DNA of 64,000 bases from NCBI GenBank assembly GCA_038087875.1, contig JAXLNO010002010.1:62001-126000 (forward strand), written 5' to 3'. A program made the position numbers and the translations under genes. Shown here in pieces: positions 38,949-51,370 of the stretch. Within the stretch, counting starts at the first letter, position 1, and each line of letters begins with the position of its first letter. The DNA comes from Malacoraja senta. Lineage: Eukaryota. The notes beneath the pieces are model-generated. The model saw only the letters and a list, made by a program, of their open reading frames with translations. It ran no database searches and was not told the DNA's origin.

Positions 38949-39553
38949 TCACAATGTGGGGTCATGGATCATGGAGTATCCGAGAGTCATATAGCACTAA
39001 GACAGGCCCTTTGGCCCCTTAAGTTTTCATTAACCATCCAAACTTTCAATCACATTAAACCTATGTTAATTCCATTTTTTCTCCCCACATTCTCATCAAC
39101 TCCTCCTAGTTTTTACAACTCACCCGCACACCAGGAGCAATTTATAGGTGGATAATTAAAGTCGCAGCAAAAAGTTTTGAGTTGACCCTGACTTGAGTTT
39201 GGTTTCTACAGTGTAGAATTCTGAAAAGACACTGCAGCTGGTATATCTGTTGCCTGACACCTCCAACAATTGGGCTCAATCCTGACCTGCATGGAATTTT
39301 CATGTTCTTCCCGTGACCAGACGGATTTCCCCCAGGTTTGTAGGTTAATTGGCCACTATAAATTGCCCCTGGTGTGGAGGTGAGATGTAAAAACTAGGAG
39401 GAGTTGATGGGAATGTGAGGATAATAAAATGGGATTATCTTTTATATAATGTGATGGAGAATTTGGATGGTTAATGAAGACTTGATAGGCTGAAGGGCCT
39501 GTTTCTGTGCTGTATGGCTATGATAATCCATTATTTAAGATACCACATTGTGA
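38949..39553. repeat. Inverted duplication of a SINE 3' half and its flank
   Basis: CTCCTCCTAGTTTTTACA / TGTAAAAACTAGGAGGAG; flank TCACAATGTGG / CCACATTGTGA. Confidence 0.75.
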
Positions 39554-40394
39554 AGATTGCACCACGATGGAAGAAGATCAAGTGAATTGCTATTCCACCC
39601 TGGGCATGGCATCTACTGTAGTTATATAGGAGACCATTATTAAAAATGTGTTGTAATGTGTTGGCACCCTTTCAGCAAGTGCTCACTAATGTTGTTTTAA
39701 CATGACGATGAGAAATTGAGGCTCTGGTCAAGAGTAAGAAGGAGGCATTGGGGCAGGTATAAGCAGCTGGGATCTAGTGTATCCCTGAAGGAGTTACAGG
39801 AAAAAAAAATTTAAACAGGACTCGAGGGCCTGAGCTATAGGGAGAGGTTGAGCAGGTTAGGACTTTATTCCTTGGAATGCAGGAGGATGAGGGGTGATCT
39901 TTTAGAGGTGGTGCAGGTGGAACTAGTGTAGATGGGACATGTTGGTTAGTGTGGGCAAGTGGGCCAATGGGCTTATTTCCATGCTGCAAAACTCAATGAC
40001 TCTATGACACCGTGGTGCTATTCTGAAACATGATCAAATGTAAATACAAATTTATTTTATCTGGGGAATATTAAAATGGGTTTAGGTTGGCCCCATTCTA
40101 AGTATTATGCTTCCAGTGAATTTCTGCTGATAAAATAAAAACATGCTGGAAACTAAAATAATAAAAAGCTTCCTATTTAAAAAACAATCTGATAGGCTCC
40201 TTTTTAAAGAAATAAAATGAGCTTTTTTTTAGAGATATTTCAGAAATAAAGGTGAAGCGCAGCAATTTATTCTAAATAAATTTCAGCTGTTATCTTAGTT
40301 ATGTTTCAAAATAATGATAAGAGAAAAATGCTGGAAGCAGGAGAAGAAGATATGGGAGAAGATGCAAATCAGTAAGATACCATACAGTAGATCG

Positions 40395-40715
40395 ATACAA
40401 AATGCTGGAGTAACTCAACAGGACAAGGCAGCATCTCGGGAGAGAAGTAATAGGTGATGATTTGGTTCGAGACCAGACTCAGTAAGATACTCAGTCCGAA
40501 GAAGGGTCTTGACCTGAAATGTCACCGAAGAATCTTAAAATATCATACCATTGGTATAAATATTGATCTCTCTAACTTCAAATAACCCCTGCAGGGTCTC
40601 GACCTGAAACGTCACCCATTCCTTTTTTCAGAGATGCTCTCTGTCCCGCTGAGTTACTCCAGCATTTTGTGTCTATCTTTGGTTTAAACCAGCATCTGCA
40701 GTTCCTTCCTCCACA
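40395..40715. mobile_element. Rearranged PLE terminal-repeat cluster
   Basis: A left arm, two hammerhead-like heads and a full right arm. Confidence 0.75.
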
Positions 40716-40774
40716 TTTGATAGTTGTTCAATGCTGGTTTCCTTTGGTCTCACAGTTGGCCGTGGAGATAATGG

Positions 40775-40788
40775 TCAGCAGGTGGCAG
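40775..40788 (+). promoter_or_regulatory. CTCF-like motif
   Basis: TCAGCAGGTGGCAG (one mismatch to the core consensus). Confidence 0.3.
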
Positions 40789-41306
40789 CATCAGTCACAC
40801 TATCAGTGTTTTTTCTGCCATGTTAGAGCTTCCTCTACTGGTCACAGCTATAATTTTTACTTGTGACTCAGCACCGCTAATCCAAGGCACAGATGTGAGC
40901 ATGCTTTGCAGAGAATAAATCATGCCTTCTCTTGGCTGGAAAAATAGGAAAGGGATATTAAGTGACCACATTTAATCCTCAGATAGAAACACACGCACAC
41001 ACAGCCTGACATATGGTCGCCTACCTGCATGCAGTGGTTCAATTAGAGCCAATATTTGTCATGGCTTACTTCTGTTTAAGCAGTGTAATACGACACAAAA
41101 CAAAAAAAATGGACTCGTAGAAAGTTGCACATTTAAATAAATTAGTCTCGTTTCTGTTCTAAGTAGAGAAAACCAATCACTGGGTTCTGGGAAAGCTGAG
41201 CAGATTGCGTGGCCAAAATATCTTAATGATATCTTTGCAGCAAATGAACAGACTGGTATCCCTGCTAGACAGCGCCATTGTGTTCTGCCTTTTCAAATAA
41301 ATACAG

Positions 41307-41447
41307 NNNNNNNNNNNNNNNNNNNNNNNNNNNNNNNNNNNNNNNNNNNNNNNNNNNNNNNNNNNNNNNNNNNNNNNNNNNNNNNNNNNNNNNNNNNNNN
41401 NNNNNNNNNNNNNNNNNNNNNNNNNNNNNNNNNNNNNNNNNNNNNNN
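41307..41447. other. Assembly gap
   Basis: Run of N. Confidence 1.
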
Positions 41448-41984
41448 TATAATATAAAAACTCTGTGTCTGCTTGACTTGTGCCAGCCAGCCCCTTTGAT
41501 ACCGCGCAACGCCAACACCGCACGCAGAAACGCCGCGATTTTTTCCATTTCGGTAGAGATTTCATTTTTCTTTACGATTAGCCACTCCTGATTACATTTC
41601 GTCGTATTTATGTACACATTTTAAAATAAAATCCATCACCCCCCCCCCCCACTCACTCATTTTGTCTTCTCCTGCTGGTCAGCCACCATAACGGCTGCTG
41701 TCGACCGCCTCTGCTCCGAAAACAACGCCATCTTTTTTTCGCTAGCGATTTTCACCCCGGTGTATGAATCACGTTCGGACTCTAAAACCCCGGGTTCTGA
41801 AGCACGTTCAGTGTCCAGGGGTCTGAAGCACGTTCTGAATTTTCAACCCCAGGGTCTGAAACATGTTCTGTTTTTTTTCCCCTAATGATTTTATCCCCGG
41901 GGTCTGAAGCACGTTCGGGATCTCACACCCCAGGGTCTTAAGCACGTTCGGTGTCCAGACCCAACGGGTCTGCACTTGGTCTAG
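41448..41984 (+). mobile_element. Non-autonomous Helitron with internal minisatellite
   Basis: 5' TATAATATAAAA (the expected TC start would lie in the gap). 3' hairpin AGACCC-AAC-GGGTCT (41957-41971), then CTAG (41981-41984) followed by T. Imperfect CCCCGGGGTCTGAAGCACGTTC repeats at 41755-41950. Confidence 0.8.
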
Positions 41985-42084
41985 TAATTAATAAATCACT
42001 CGCAAATAGCCAATTTAAGGCGTTTGCAGTTTGTGATGACTTTATAAATGCTAAAACTGCACCTTATTCTTTCATCAATAGAGT

Positions 42085-42330
42085 GATAGAGTCTTACAAG
42101 ATGGAAACAGGCTCATTAGCCAAACTTGCTCACACCGGCCAACATGTCCCATCTACACTAGTCCCACCTACCTGCCCATATCCCTCTCTACCTGTCCTAT
42201 CCATGTACTTGGCTAAATATTTCTCAAAAAGGTTGCGATAGTACCTGCATCAACTACCTCCTCTGGCAGTTCATTCCATACACCCACCACCCTGTGCGTG
42301 AAAAACGTATGCCTCAAGTTCCTATTAAAT
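42085..42330 (-). mobile_element. CR1 3' fragment
   Basis: Inverse of the 28780-29020 type tail. Confidence 0.8.
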
Positions 42331-44231
42331 CTTTGATCTTGATTTAGAAATAAGGAACTGCAGATGCTGGTTTACCAAAAAACCCCACAAAGTGTTGGAG
42401 TAACTCAGCAGGTCAGGCAGCATCCCTGGAGAAGGAATAGATCGGTGCCATTTTGGGTCGGGACCCTTCTTCAGACAAATGAAAGTACTTTTTACGTTGG
42501 CAAGAACAATCCCAGTGAGAAACTGATTTTTCTTTATCAGGAAAACTGAACTGTTTCGTTCTCATATATACATTCTTCAGTTCATTCTCAGGATACTGGA
42601 GATACTAGCAAGGTTGATATATATTGCCTTGGACTAGTGTCAGAGGTACCAGAGAGAGTACCGAGGATCTTCTCTGTTCTTAGGAAGGCCGAGGTTTATC
42701 AGCTGTGACAGGGAAAATAGATCAATTGCAATCCAGAGGTTAAGGCTGATGGTCCATCTCCAAGAGGATCGTGGGTAGGGGTGGCAGGTATGGCAGAGGT
42801 TCTGGTTTTCACTGTCCTCAAAGAATACTAGAATAGGCACTGACATCGTGGCTGAGTGGAAGAGGAGCAGGAATCTAGGGAAGGCATAGGTTGGATTATT
42901 GCGATAGAAGGTTGTCGGATGAAGCTGTTGATATGGAATGAAAAGGAACTGAAAACCAGAATATCTAGGATGCCAGAATCACCAGGCCACAAAGTGCCAA
43001 AAGAAGTGCGCTGAACATGGACTTCCCACGTACCTGATTCTATCTGAGCATTTTCCTACAAGGTATTTCCTCCTCTGTGCTACACCAGTGACAAAAGCTT
43101 TCCCCTATCATTCATCTGGAAGTCAATGCTCAGTGTGGCAAAGATCATTTGTTGAGTGTCATTTTAACTCCTCATCGTTCACTGAGAACAGTGCTGCATA
43201 AATTATTACAGGTTCAGCCATTGTAAATCTCATTAAAAAACAAATCGTCCAATTCATTATCCTACAGGGGCACTCTGACTTTTTTTTGCTCTCGACAGAG
43301 TTCCACTTGGAATCAACAGAGGACTTCAGGCCTTAACCCAGTCACTCCCCAATTTAGAAGTAAAATAGCAATATCCGGGGCCATCTAATAATTCACAAGA
43401 TCCTGCTTGGATCAAGCTGGTTTAACCAATTTGATGTCCTGTTATAAATATATGCTTGAGAGGAAGTCAGTTTTACCACTATCATATTTCACATCTACTT
43501 CTCCATCCCTCCTGAATAATAAATTTGTAAAGGAATGCAAAATATTGGCCATTCCAGAAGAGGATTGCAGAGCGCTGCTGAATAAACTGGGAAAAAAGGA
43601 TCCTTGCCAGTATAGAGTAACCATGAGGGAACTACAAGCAATCAGCTTAAGACTAAACATCCAATGCATCCTCTCTACCCCTTGGCGCAGTAACCCATTG
43701 TGGAATTCATTGTCTGCATGAATAGTACTAGTAACCTTTCCTTGCTTGCATCATGTGGATCAGTCCCAGAATATTACTATAGTAACCATTACTTTCAACA
43801 TATTTTACAGTTAGGAAATGCCCATGATAAGTTGTTCTTTCTTAAGCATTTTCCCAGTATTAATTGAAGCACATTTGATTTTTGATTTCTTGTAAGGGCA
43901 TGTTAATTTCCTAATCAGCCGTCATATTTACTTAGCTTCCCAGATTGAATATTTACTGTCTTTGTATCTTAAGAAGGGAGAGATTGAACTTGTTTTCACC
44001 TTCCGTCACTGTGAGGAATGTGGAGGAGTCACTGTGGTGGATGCTTATGTCAAAATGTATTTTGTGTGTTCTGTTGCTTTCTATTGGTATGACTGTATGG
44101 CAAATCAAATTCCTCATACATTGCAAAACATACTTGGCTAATAAAGTATGATTATGATTAAGATTATGATTATGATTAAAGGCTTAAAGAATCTATAGCT
44201 CCATACCAACCAATGTGCAGTGAATAATGTG

Positions 44232-44552
44232 TGGGAAGGAACTGCAGATGCTGGTTTAAACCGAAGACAGACACAAAAATGCCGGAGTAACTCAGCGGAA
44301 CAGGCAGCATCTCTGGAGAGAAGGAATGGGTGACATTTCGGGTCGAGACCTGCAGGGTTTACTTGCAGTTAGAGAGGTCAATCTTCATACCACTGGTATG
44401 ATATTTTAAGATTTTTTGCATATTCGTTTGTTCTATATCTCTCTAGAATATATCACTTTCTGTATCTCTTGTTTCTCTTTCCCCTGACTAGTCTGAAGAA
44501 GGGTCTAGACCTGAAATGAAACCCACTCCTTCTCTACAGAGATGCTGCCTGT
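44232..44552. mobile_element. PLE fold-back element
   Basis: Full left arm; right arm with CTGAAGAAGGGTC. Confidence 0.8.
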
Positions 44553-46911
44553 GCAGTGAATAATTCTCAGATTAAGTGGGGGGTCTTTCAGGCAGAAACA
44601 CATCCTGTGTGAACCTGCCTGAACATTGGAAAAGCAATATCATGGCCTTGGCAAGCAACTACTTTAAGCTATGCTGCACACTCACTCTTCATGTTTGACT
44701 TCAAAGAACTTTTGCATAATTGTTCCATGATCGAGACTATTGTGAGTTCTCACAGAGTTTATTTATTTAAACAGGAGTTAAGTTCAGGTGGATTTTTGAA
44801 CAAAAAGGGGAAGATATCAAATGGTGAGCGGGTGAGACAGACTGAAATATTCGAGGGCTTAGTGAGCTGTGTGAAATGAAACTTTAAAAGCGTTCCAGGC
44901 AGATTCCACACCTCAACAACCACATGTGAACATCTTTCAGCGTAACTTCAATGACGAGCATTTTCAGTAGCTTAATGATGAGTTGGATGAATTTAAACTG
45001 ATCGTTGGCCAGAAATCAAGTATGAGTCTTGACATCACCATTTGGTGAGGTGCTTCTTAAGCAGAATTAATAAGTCTGCTATGCCACTTTAAGAAAGATA
45101 AATATTTAACAAGACCTAGCATCATAATGTTGGAGTTACCCTTTCACAAAATATAATTGTGTGTAGTGCCCATTTTTTTTTTGGCTCTTCAGGTTTTATT
45201 AACCAAGATTTGAAGACAATTAAACATGAATGGTAAACCAATTGCAAACACTCCCTATGCCCAGTGACTAAGAAAGCCATCAGCAATTACAGTCCTTTCT
45301 GCATTACAATCTGAAATCGCTCTAAAAGCCTCAGCTGATTTTTCAATGATTAAATGTACATCAGTATTACATCCTACAAATCCACCAGTTTCACATAAAG
45401 CTTAAAAGGGATGAATATTGATCTTCTAAAGAGGATTTGTTTTGCTCTATCCAAAGATCAACTACTCCAAGCTTTTCAAGGATCTGCTCAGCTCTTCCAG
45501 TGAAAAGCTACTGCACACACAACTGTAGACTTGACATTTTATTCTGGAAGAAAACCAAACAGTAAATTCAGTGCAATAATCCTAGATAAATTAGATGATC
45601 ACTAGTGAAGCTAAGTCGGTAAAGTGGTCTGTACAAAATCCATAGATGATTAAAAATAAGAGAGTGTGTAAAGAATCCACTTCATAGGACTATTGTCAGC
45701 CAATGGAGGCTGACTTTGCTCGATAAACTACCCAAGCTGGCGAACGTAGCCTATAGAAACACAAGAACTGCAGATAATGGTTTACAAAAAAAATCCAAAG
45801 TACTGGAGTAACTCAGCAGGTCAGGCAGCATGTCTGGAGGACATGGATAGGTGGCATTTCAGTTTCAACTTAGTTTATAGTCACGTGTACCGAGGTACAA
45901 TGAAAAGCTTTTGTAGCGTGCTAACCAGTCAGCAGAAAGACAATGCATGATTACAATCGATCCATTTACAATGTATTGATACATGATAAGGGAACATGAT
46001 CAGATTGAAATGCTTCTTCAATCTGAAGAAGGTTCCCAACCCGAAACGCTGCCTATCGATGAAAATAGCCTGTAGTTGTATCATCTCAAATTTTGAATCT
46101 TACACAGTATATTGCATTTCAAACGTTTATCTGGGGCTCAGTTTCATCAGTACGATGTTACATAAAACTAAATAGCATTATGGTAAGTAACATGTTTTTC
46201 TTAGTGTTTACATAGAAACATAGAAAATAGGTGCAGGAGTAGGCCATTCGGCCCTTCGAGCCTGCACCGCCATTCAATATGATCATGGCTGATCATCCAA
46301 CTCAGTATCCTGTACCTGCCTTCTCTCCATACCCCCTGATCCCTTTAGCCACAAGGGCCATTATTATTGCACAAGTCCGAAAAATTTCACCATTAATGCC
46401 TTTTTTTTTGCTGCTGCTGAATTGCAGATACCAGTCAGTCTTATCTGTGTGGTCAGTTTTTAGATGTGAGATCAATCATTTTACGAGATCTTAAGATCTT
46501 AAGAGATGCCATTGTTAAGAAGCATCGCTCCTTAATATGCCAGCAGGGGCAATAGGTGAGATCTTTCTCCCACACATTATCTTTATCATTGCAGGCCGTC
46601 ATTTATTGCAGATAAGTATGGAAAGAAAAAGATATATGAAACTATGTAGATGGAGTAAAATGCAAGATCTATGGTTTAATTTATTTTGTTGCTTTAATTA
46701 AAAAATAAATGGCTTAACATTTTAATTAAGATACCATATTCAAGAATGTGACAGGAATGAATTAACTACTGCACTAAAACTGTCACAGAGGAATTTAATC
46801 TTCACATAATATTCATGGTCCTACCAACTCGACTTTCACTTTAAAGATGAGTAAGGATCTGCAAAAGATAAGATGAATACTGATTATTCAATCAATTCAA
46901 TAGATTCAATA

Positions 46912-47200
46912 GGGTGGCATGGTAGAGTTGCTGCCTTGCAGCGCCAGAGACCCGGGTTCGATCCTGACCACGAGTGCTGTCTGTATGTAATTTGTACGTT
47001 CCCCTCATGACTGCGTGGGTTTTCACCTTGATCTTCTGTTTCCTCCCACACTCCAAAGACGTAGGTTAATTGACTTGGGTTTGCAAACTTGGTATAAGTG
47101 TAAATTGTCCCTAGTGTGTGTAGGCTTGCGTTAATGTGCGGGGATCGCTGGACATGGTGGGCCGAAGGGCCTGTGTCCGTGCTGTATCTCTAAACTAAAG
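46912..47200 (+). mobile_element. V-SINE
   Basis: GGTTCGATCC B box, core, tail. Confidence 0.88.
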
Positions 47201-48005
47201 CTAAGATGAGAAGAAAGTAAGCTTGAGGATTTATTTACACATGAGCATCAAATGTGGGCTTTGAGAAGTGCCACCTACAACTCAATGCTACCTTTACTGG
47301 TCAGTTTAGAAACTGATGACAAAGGACACAGACGTCTTGGATCCAAATCCCTCTCTTCCATCAAGTACCCTCCTGTCTTGTGGTGAAACGAGAACGTTCA
47401 AGCATTACATTAGGGTTAAGTTTAGTCCTGCGTGGAAATCAGGAACAAGTTGGAGATGAAATGCCAACACATCTGATGTCCCACTCTGCCACTGGACTCA
47501 ATACAAAATACAAATGCCTGAGCTGAGAGATGGAATGTATTTCTAAATTGTCCCTTAATTCACTTTAAATGCTTTTAATTAATATGTTTGTGAACATTTG
47601 TTTTATAATCCTCTTTATAAAATCCTCTTGATCTTCAGTTGGTTTGACACAGCTTGAAAGGAAGTAGACTCCCAAAAAGCTTCTTCTCCTCTGTTATCAG
47701 GCTTCTGAATTGTCCTTCCATTTGTTAGGGTATAGTCCGATTCACCTCTATCCCATTGCAGACATTGGATTTTGTCTCTGGAACTGTTGCACTATAATGC
47801 TGAGAACAATATTCTGCACCTTCCCTTTGCTCTACCTATTGTACCAGAGTGAACACACATTTCACTGTGCCAACTGGCACATGTGGCAAATAAATGTATC
47901 TTGTATCTTGTATCTTGGTTTGATTGTATTTATGTATAGCATTATCTGATCTGATTGTTTGGCATGCAAAAACAAAGCTTTTCACATGACAATAATAAGC
48001 CTAAT

Positions 48006-48267
48006 GGGCCTGTCCCACTTACGTGACTTTTTCGGCGACTGCCGGCACCCGTCATAGGTCGTTGCAGGTCGCCGAAAATGTTCAACATGTTGAAAATTCA
48101 GCGGCAACCAGAACAAGGTACGACTCTTTGGGCGACCATACAGGCTTCACCCCGCGACATGTCTCCTCAGTCGCCCAAAGAGTCGTAGCGTCTTTCTGGG
48201 CATCGCTGGATTTTCAACACGTTGAAAATTTTCGGCGACCTGCAACGAGCTATGACGGGTGCCGGCA
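48006..48267. mobile_element. Palindromic MITE (GGGCCTGTCCCACTT family), right end truncated
   Basis: Long internal inverted repeat TGCCGGCACCCGTCATAG...CTATGACGGGTGCCGGCA. Confidence 0.8.
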
Positions 48268-48334
48268 TATCGGAGCTGTCATAAGATCTGCAGGGTGGTT
48301 TGAAGACTGGGCTATGTATAGTCTGAGGACTATA

Positions 48335-48720
48335 CATAGAAATGAGGTGCAGGAGTAGGCCATAGATCATCCAGAATCTGTACCCTGTTCCTGCTTTCTC
48401 CCCATATCCCTTGATTCCATTAGCCCTAAGAGCTATATCTAACTCTCTTTTGAATACATCCAGTGAATTGGCCTCTACTATCTTCTGTGGCAGAGAATTC
48501 CACAGATTCACAACTCTCTGGCTGAAAACGTTTTTCCTCATCTCAGGCATACCCCTTATTTGTAAACTGTGACACCAGGTTCTGGATTCCCTCAACATGG
48601 GGAAAAAAAATATTGCATCTGGCTTGTCCATTCCCTTAAGCATTTTATATGTTTCTATAAGATCCCTTCTCATCCTTCTAAATTCCAGTGAATATAAGCC
48701 CGGTCGATCCATTCTTTCAT
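48335..48720 (-). mobile_element. CR1 3' fragment
   Basis: GLYSLEFRRMRRDLIETYK..SQRVVNLWNSLP. Confidence 0.88.
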
Positions 48721-50719
48721 CGGTGACTAGACATCACTCTTTGCTTCATAAGACGGTCCTAGCCTTCAGGATTATTAGACCCAACGGCCTGCAATAACTA
48801 AGTGCAGTAAAATGACTAACATAGGTAGCAAGGGTGGACAACAATACAGAGATGTCCACCCTGCTGCCTTGAAGAGAAAATATTTATCTACAATTAATTT
48901 TGCTGCTACTTAATTGCTGTTTGCTTAATATCAGATTAGTTTATCATTTCATGTGCATCCAATTTTCTACGAAATTTCCAGAAATTAAAAAAAAAGAGCC
49001 ATTTCAGAAAATCCCTGTTGAATTTCACTGTAACAAATATTCAATAGACAATAGACAATAGACAATAGACAATAGGTGCAGGAGTAGGCCATTTGGCCCT
49101 TCGAGCCAGAAACGCCATTCAATGTGATCATGGCTGATCATCTCCAATCAGTACCCTGTTCCTGCCTTCTCCCCATTCAGAATGAGTTTTCTTCTCAGCT
49201 TAGCAAACATCACATTTAAGTTCGTAAAGAAGGAGTGCTCCATCATCTCTTGTCCTAATTTAGGAATTACTATTGGAATTACATTCTACACCATTGAAAA
49301 AGTAGGTTATCAATCTAACATTTTTCATGTTAAAAATGATGAGGCAATAAACTGAACTGTATTTTAAAAGATGGTAATTCATTCTCAGTGAACATTTCAC
49401 TGTTTAACCACATAGAAATTAAGTTTCATAACTTGAAATGCAACTGTTCAATGGTCCATCTCATCAAACAACCTTTTTTCCCAATTTCCAGAAATTACAT
49501 CCCCTTATCGTCAATCATTTTGTAAAGCTCACACAATGAAGTTTCGTTTTACACAAATATGTCAATATTTTTTTTTTAAATCAGCCTTCGCGATAATTTT
49601 CTCATTATTCTTGCTTGGTGAAGAGTGGCATCTTCATTACTTTTGGTCCAGAAATGAATGAATTCTTCACCATGAGGGGAGCGTAAGAAATGTATTATGG
49701 GAGCAATGGATTTATTCAAAAAATATTCCTGTAATCTCTAGTAAAGCATTCAACAAGGTCTCTCATGCTAGGCTGATTAGATAGTGTCAGCTATAAAGAG
49801 AGATTGGATAATCTTGGATCATTTTCTTTGGAACACTGAAGGTTGCGGGGAGACTGAACAGAAGAAAATACAATCTGAGAGGCGTAGTTAGGGTAGACAG
49901 TCAGAACTTTTTTCTCAAGGTGGACTCTTTCCCAAGAGGGCATAGTTTTAAGGTGAGCAGAAGAATGTTTAATGGAGATCTACAATATTGACATATTTGT
50001 GTAAAACAAGACTTCATTGTGAGAGTTTTCCATAATGAGTGATGATAAGCAAGTGTAATTTCTGGAAATTGGAAAAAAGGTTTATTTTACACAGAAAGCA
50101 GTAGGAGCAGGCTACCAGGGCTGGTGGTGGAAGCAGACATGATAGCAACATTGAGGATCGTTTAGAGAAACATATAAACGGGCAAGGAGTAGAAGAGTAT
50201 AGACCACGTGCAGGCAAATGGAAGTTTAATTCTCCACATTGTTGGCACAGATATGCTCCTGAGCTGTACTGTTCCACGTTTTAATCAGAGTCTATTAAAC
50301 TGAGTGCTTGGTTTATTAGGCCAATTTTACTCAAATTATTATGAATTCAAGATCTCAACCAAATGGGTTAAAAATATAAAATAGCAGAATAAAAGCTTGA
50401 AGTCTGGAATCAACCACTTCCTTTGAAGAATCTTCGACCTCGATCATCGGCTCACTTTTTCTTTCCACAGATGCTTCCTGACCTGTTCGTCTTCAGAGGT
50501 TTTTGAACTGTGGGCTCAGCGGACCATAATCCTACATTATTTAACATTCACCACAATTAATTTGGGAATGGTGACAAATGTTCAACATCAGTCTGAAGCT
50601 GGAATTCTGCTGGATTTTTCAAATATTCTCCCCAATGCTCGAGCCTATCATTATCTGCCTAGCACCATCACATGCGGAGGGGCATAAATTGCTTTTGAGT
50701 CAAATAAAACAAACTCTGA

Positions 50720-51250
50720 TTGCATGCAGCAAGGCCTAAACAACATTCTGACACAGATTGATAAGTGGCAAATAACCTTCATGGCATGAGGCTGCTGGTT
50801 TAATAACCTTTTCCATCAAGAAGGAATGCAACAAGCTCCCCTCAACAATCAATAGTAATGCTGAGGACCACAAAGCAGGTAATCTGCTGAGTATCTTGTA
50901 ACAGGTCACTCACCATCTGACACCCCAAGGCCTTTCCAACATCATTGGGGCACTAATAAGAAACATAATAGAATACTTGATTGGATAAATTCAACGCCAA
51001 CAACTCACAAGAAACAACACCATCCAGCAGAAAGCAAGTCACGATTGATTCCTCATCAATCAAACTAAACATGCATTTCTTCCAACACTGTTGCAAAGTG
51101 GCTTTGTGTACTACATCAACACTATGCCATATAGTTACCCATCCAGGTTAATCCAAGAGTGCATCACACACTTGTACAATCAATCTACTACCAAGAAGGT
51201 CAAGGAGCAGCAGACACATGGGAGCACCAGCATTTGGAGATTCCTGTCCA
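50720..51250 (+). mobile_element. Ancient LINE RT remnant (CR1/L2 group)
   Basis: Degenerate QQGLNNI...DKWQITF, resembling the post-YADD region of LINE RT. Confidence 0.4.
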
Positions 51251-51370
51251 GGTTATCCACAACACAATTATGAAACAATAACACAGTGTGGCCCGGTGGC
51301 AAGGCGGAAGAGTTGCTGCCTTACAGCACTTACAGCGCCAGAGACCCGGGTTCGATCCCGACTACGGGTG

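Noticed and set aside
41177-41617. ORFs spanning N runs (also 53118-53661)
   Set aside because: Artefacts of translating through assembly gaps.
41755-41950. Spaced repeats superficially like a CRISPR array
   Set aside because: The units are degenerate, the spacers are short and related, the context is eukaryotic, and they lie inside a Helitron.
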